Positions 62,632-64,000 of a DNA stretch of 64,000 nucleotides are shown here, piece by piece. Numbering within the stretch: the first letter of the stretch is position 1; each line of letters begins with the position of its first letter. A model generated the notes under the pieces. It searched no databases. It worked only from the letters and a program-made list of their open reading frames with translations, and was not told where the DNA came from. The translations under genes were made by a program, and so were the position numbers. The stretch comes from Cyanophora paradoxa CCMP329 (Eukaryota; Plantae; Glaucophyta). The stretch spans positions 9,428 to 73,427 of the forward strand of contig QPMI01000125.1 of the NCBI GenBank assembly GCA_004431415.1. Direction: 5' to 3'.

Positions 62632-63449
62632 TTACAGCGCCCGTCTCGAGGGCTCTACCGTCTTCGTAATGTACAGCTGCAGCAGATCCTTAAGGTTGCT
62701 CTGCGGCAGCATTTTACGTCTACGTGCATCTGCCTGGCGGTTTCTCGCTTCCTGTAGCCGTCTCCTTGCCCGTCCACTGCATGCCGAGGGCGTCCTTTCT
62801 CCGTATCGGCCGCACCGCGTCTTCTGGTACTCCTCCCGAACAGTCGTCCTTGTAGAAATTCGGCAGGCCGCCCTGCCCCTCCGTTTGCATGAACTTGATG
62901 AGGAAATCCGACGCCTTCTTGCCGTCGAATTGCACGCGCGAGTAGTGCACCAGCGTGAGCAGGATGTGCGCGTGGAGCCGCCCCGACCGCGGCCCGTACT
63001 CGATGCCGATGTTCGCGTTGCCCTTCTCCACGTGCGTGTCGTACTGGTCGGACTTGAAATCGAAGCCTTGGGGTTCGCCTTGTCGGGGTACACCCCATCT
63101 TTATGCACCGCGCCAGCTGCCTGTCGTCGTAGAAGAGGGCCTCCAGCCCCTGTGAAACGCGTCCTGCACCTTGGAGCCCTCTCCCCTGCTCCGCGGCTTG
63201 TAGTTGGTCTGGATGGTGATCATGAAATTCGACTCGCGCTGCGGCCGATCCTCCCCGTTCAGTTCCTCACGGGCGCCGCGTCAGCACCTTCTGGAACCAC
63301 GTCTTGTCGGGCGCCAGCACCTTGTCGTTGATGTTGCCCACCACGATGTGCGTCTCTACCGGGAGCGGCCGGAGGCGTCCATGCGGAGGTGAGGGTTCGG
63401 TGCCCGGCTTGCCTGTTTGCTGCCACGCCCTCGCGATGAGGTTGAGCAT
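62632..63449 (-). CDS. HUH-superfamily endonuclease, paralog 1 (multiple frameshifts)
   Basis: Motif I RESNFMITIQTN (~63205-63240), motif II GIEYGPRSGRLHAHILLTLVH, motif III LPQSNLKDLLQLYITK (YxxK). Confidence 0.82.
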
Positions 63450-63519
63450 GTCAGACCAAGGCCTAGAAAATTTCCGAGGCTGGGGTGAGCTTCCACGTGG
63501 GGCCCCGGGTACGTCCGCA

Positions 63520-63562
63520 CCTCACCTGAGCATCACCTGAGCCTCACATGAATCACCTGAGC
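63520..63562. promoter_or_regulatory. Four TCAC(C/A)TGA boxes in a divergent intergenic region
   Basis: cctcacctgagcatcacctgagcctcacatgaatcacctgagc lies between the HUH gene (-) and the Zn-ribbon gene (+). The regulatory role is inferred. Confidence 0.45.
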
Positions 63563-63678
63563 AACGCCTTCTGCAACAAGTGCTTCCTCACTTGCAAGTG
63601 GGACCCACTCTCCTCTGAGAAGCCAACCTGTTGGTTCTGCAGGGGAATAGCTCAGCTGCAGTACGAGGACTCAGAGGA

Positions 63679-64000
63679 ATGGCAGACTCTAACGAAATCG
63701 ATCTCCTCCTCCGAAACTTCGAGCAGATCCAGCGCTACGGCGCCATCCTTCACGACGAGGGGGACCCAGACTCGACACTCCGGCACCGTACCCGCGCGCC
63801 GCCGCCGCCATCGCCAACTCCTACCTCGGGCCGGAGAGCGCCCCCGCAAGCGCAACGCCGCACCCAAGGCCCCCAAGGCGAAGCCGCTGTCCCCTGCGGA
63901 AATTGCAGCTCTACCGCCCTCGTTGGTGTTCACCTGGATGGGGATCTGGTTTGCCAAGGCTGCGGTCTGGTCCTGGATCTTTATTATCCGGACCATCAAC
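63679..64000 (+). CDS. TFIIB-type zinc-ribbon protein, candidate VLTF3-like late transcription factor (partial, frameshifted)
   Basis: MADSNEIDLLLRNFEQIQRYG..., then in a shifted frame CGNCSSTALVGVHLDGDLVCQGCGLVLD (63895-63978). Not listed in the ORF track. Confidence 0.65.
   Translation, partial: MADSNEIDLLLRNFEQIQRYGAILHDEGDPDSTLRHRTRAPPPPSPTPTSGRRAPPQAQRRTQGPQGEAAVPCGNCSSTALVGVHLDGDLVCQGCGLVLDLYYPDHQ

Larger units (their letters stand above)
45310..64000. mobile_element. Endogenous dsDNA virus, mriyavirus/PLV-like; continues beyond the window; left boundary approximate
   Basis: Abrupt switch to intron-less, tightly packed ORFs with a shared upstream motif. Encodes an HUH pair, a Zn-ribbon protein, a penton-like protein, fibre/S74, FN3 and HNH proteins. 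Confidence 0.85.

Noticed and set aside
60615-63449. HUH genes as the autonomous Helitron for families A/B
   Set aside because: They are short, have no fused PIF1 helicase and no Helitron termini, and are embedded among viral genes with the viral upstream motif.
63652-63999. Minus-strand 115-aa ORF
   Set aside because: It is antisense to the + strand zinc-ribbon gene, which has a recognisable motif.
1-64000. tRNA/rRNA genes and exact host species
   Set aside because: No structural RNA was recognised. The intron style suggests a GC-rich protist or alga (reminiscent of a glaucophyte), but this cannot be established from the window.

Overview
Eukaryotic (protist or algal-type) genomic DNA with many short introns, several of them GC-AG. 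The left ~45 kb is host chromosome. It holds a partial multi-exon gene, a full-size ABCG/PDR transporter (-), an acidic unknown gene, a cluster of non-autonomous Helitron-like elements (two families, one nested insertion), SET1 (-) head-to-head with SBDS/SDO1 (+), and an HMG-box gene whose 3' end lies in a 1022-bp tandem duplication. From ~45.3 kb to the window end the DNA becomes intron-less and gene-dense and looks like an endogenous dsDNA virus. It encodes two paralogous HUH (rolling-circle-type) endonucleases, a TFIIB/VLTF3-type zinc-ribbon protein, a penton-like single jelly-roll candidate, two paralogous beta-rich proteins, a ~1700-aa coiled-coil fibre-like protein, an S74-chaperone fibre, an FN3/Gly-rich protein and an HNH protein. 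A WWWTC(T/G) motif sits 12-18 nt before most start codons. Three (GGGACTT)n cassettes are present, and a palindrome plus AT-rich direct repeats mark the left edge. The gene set best fits a mriyavirus/Yaravirus-like small relative of giant viruses. This is an inference, because no major capsid protein, packaging ATPase or integrase is visible in the window. Most viral frameshifts checked are single-base losses in homopolymers, so the element may be intact. All calls come from reading motifs by eye; no database searches were run.
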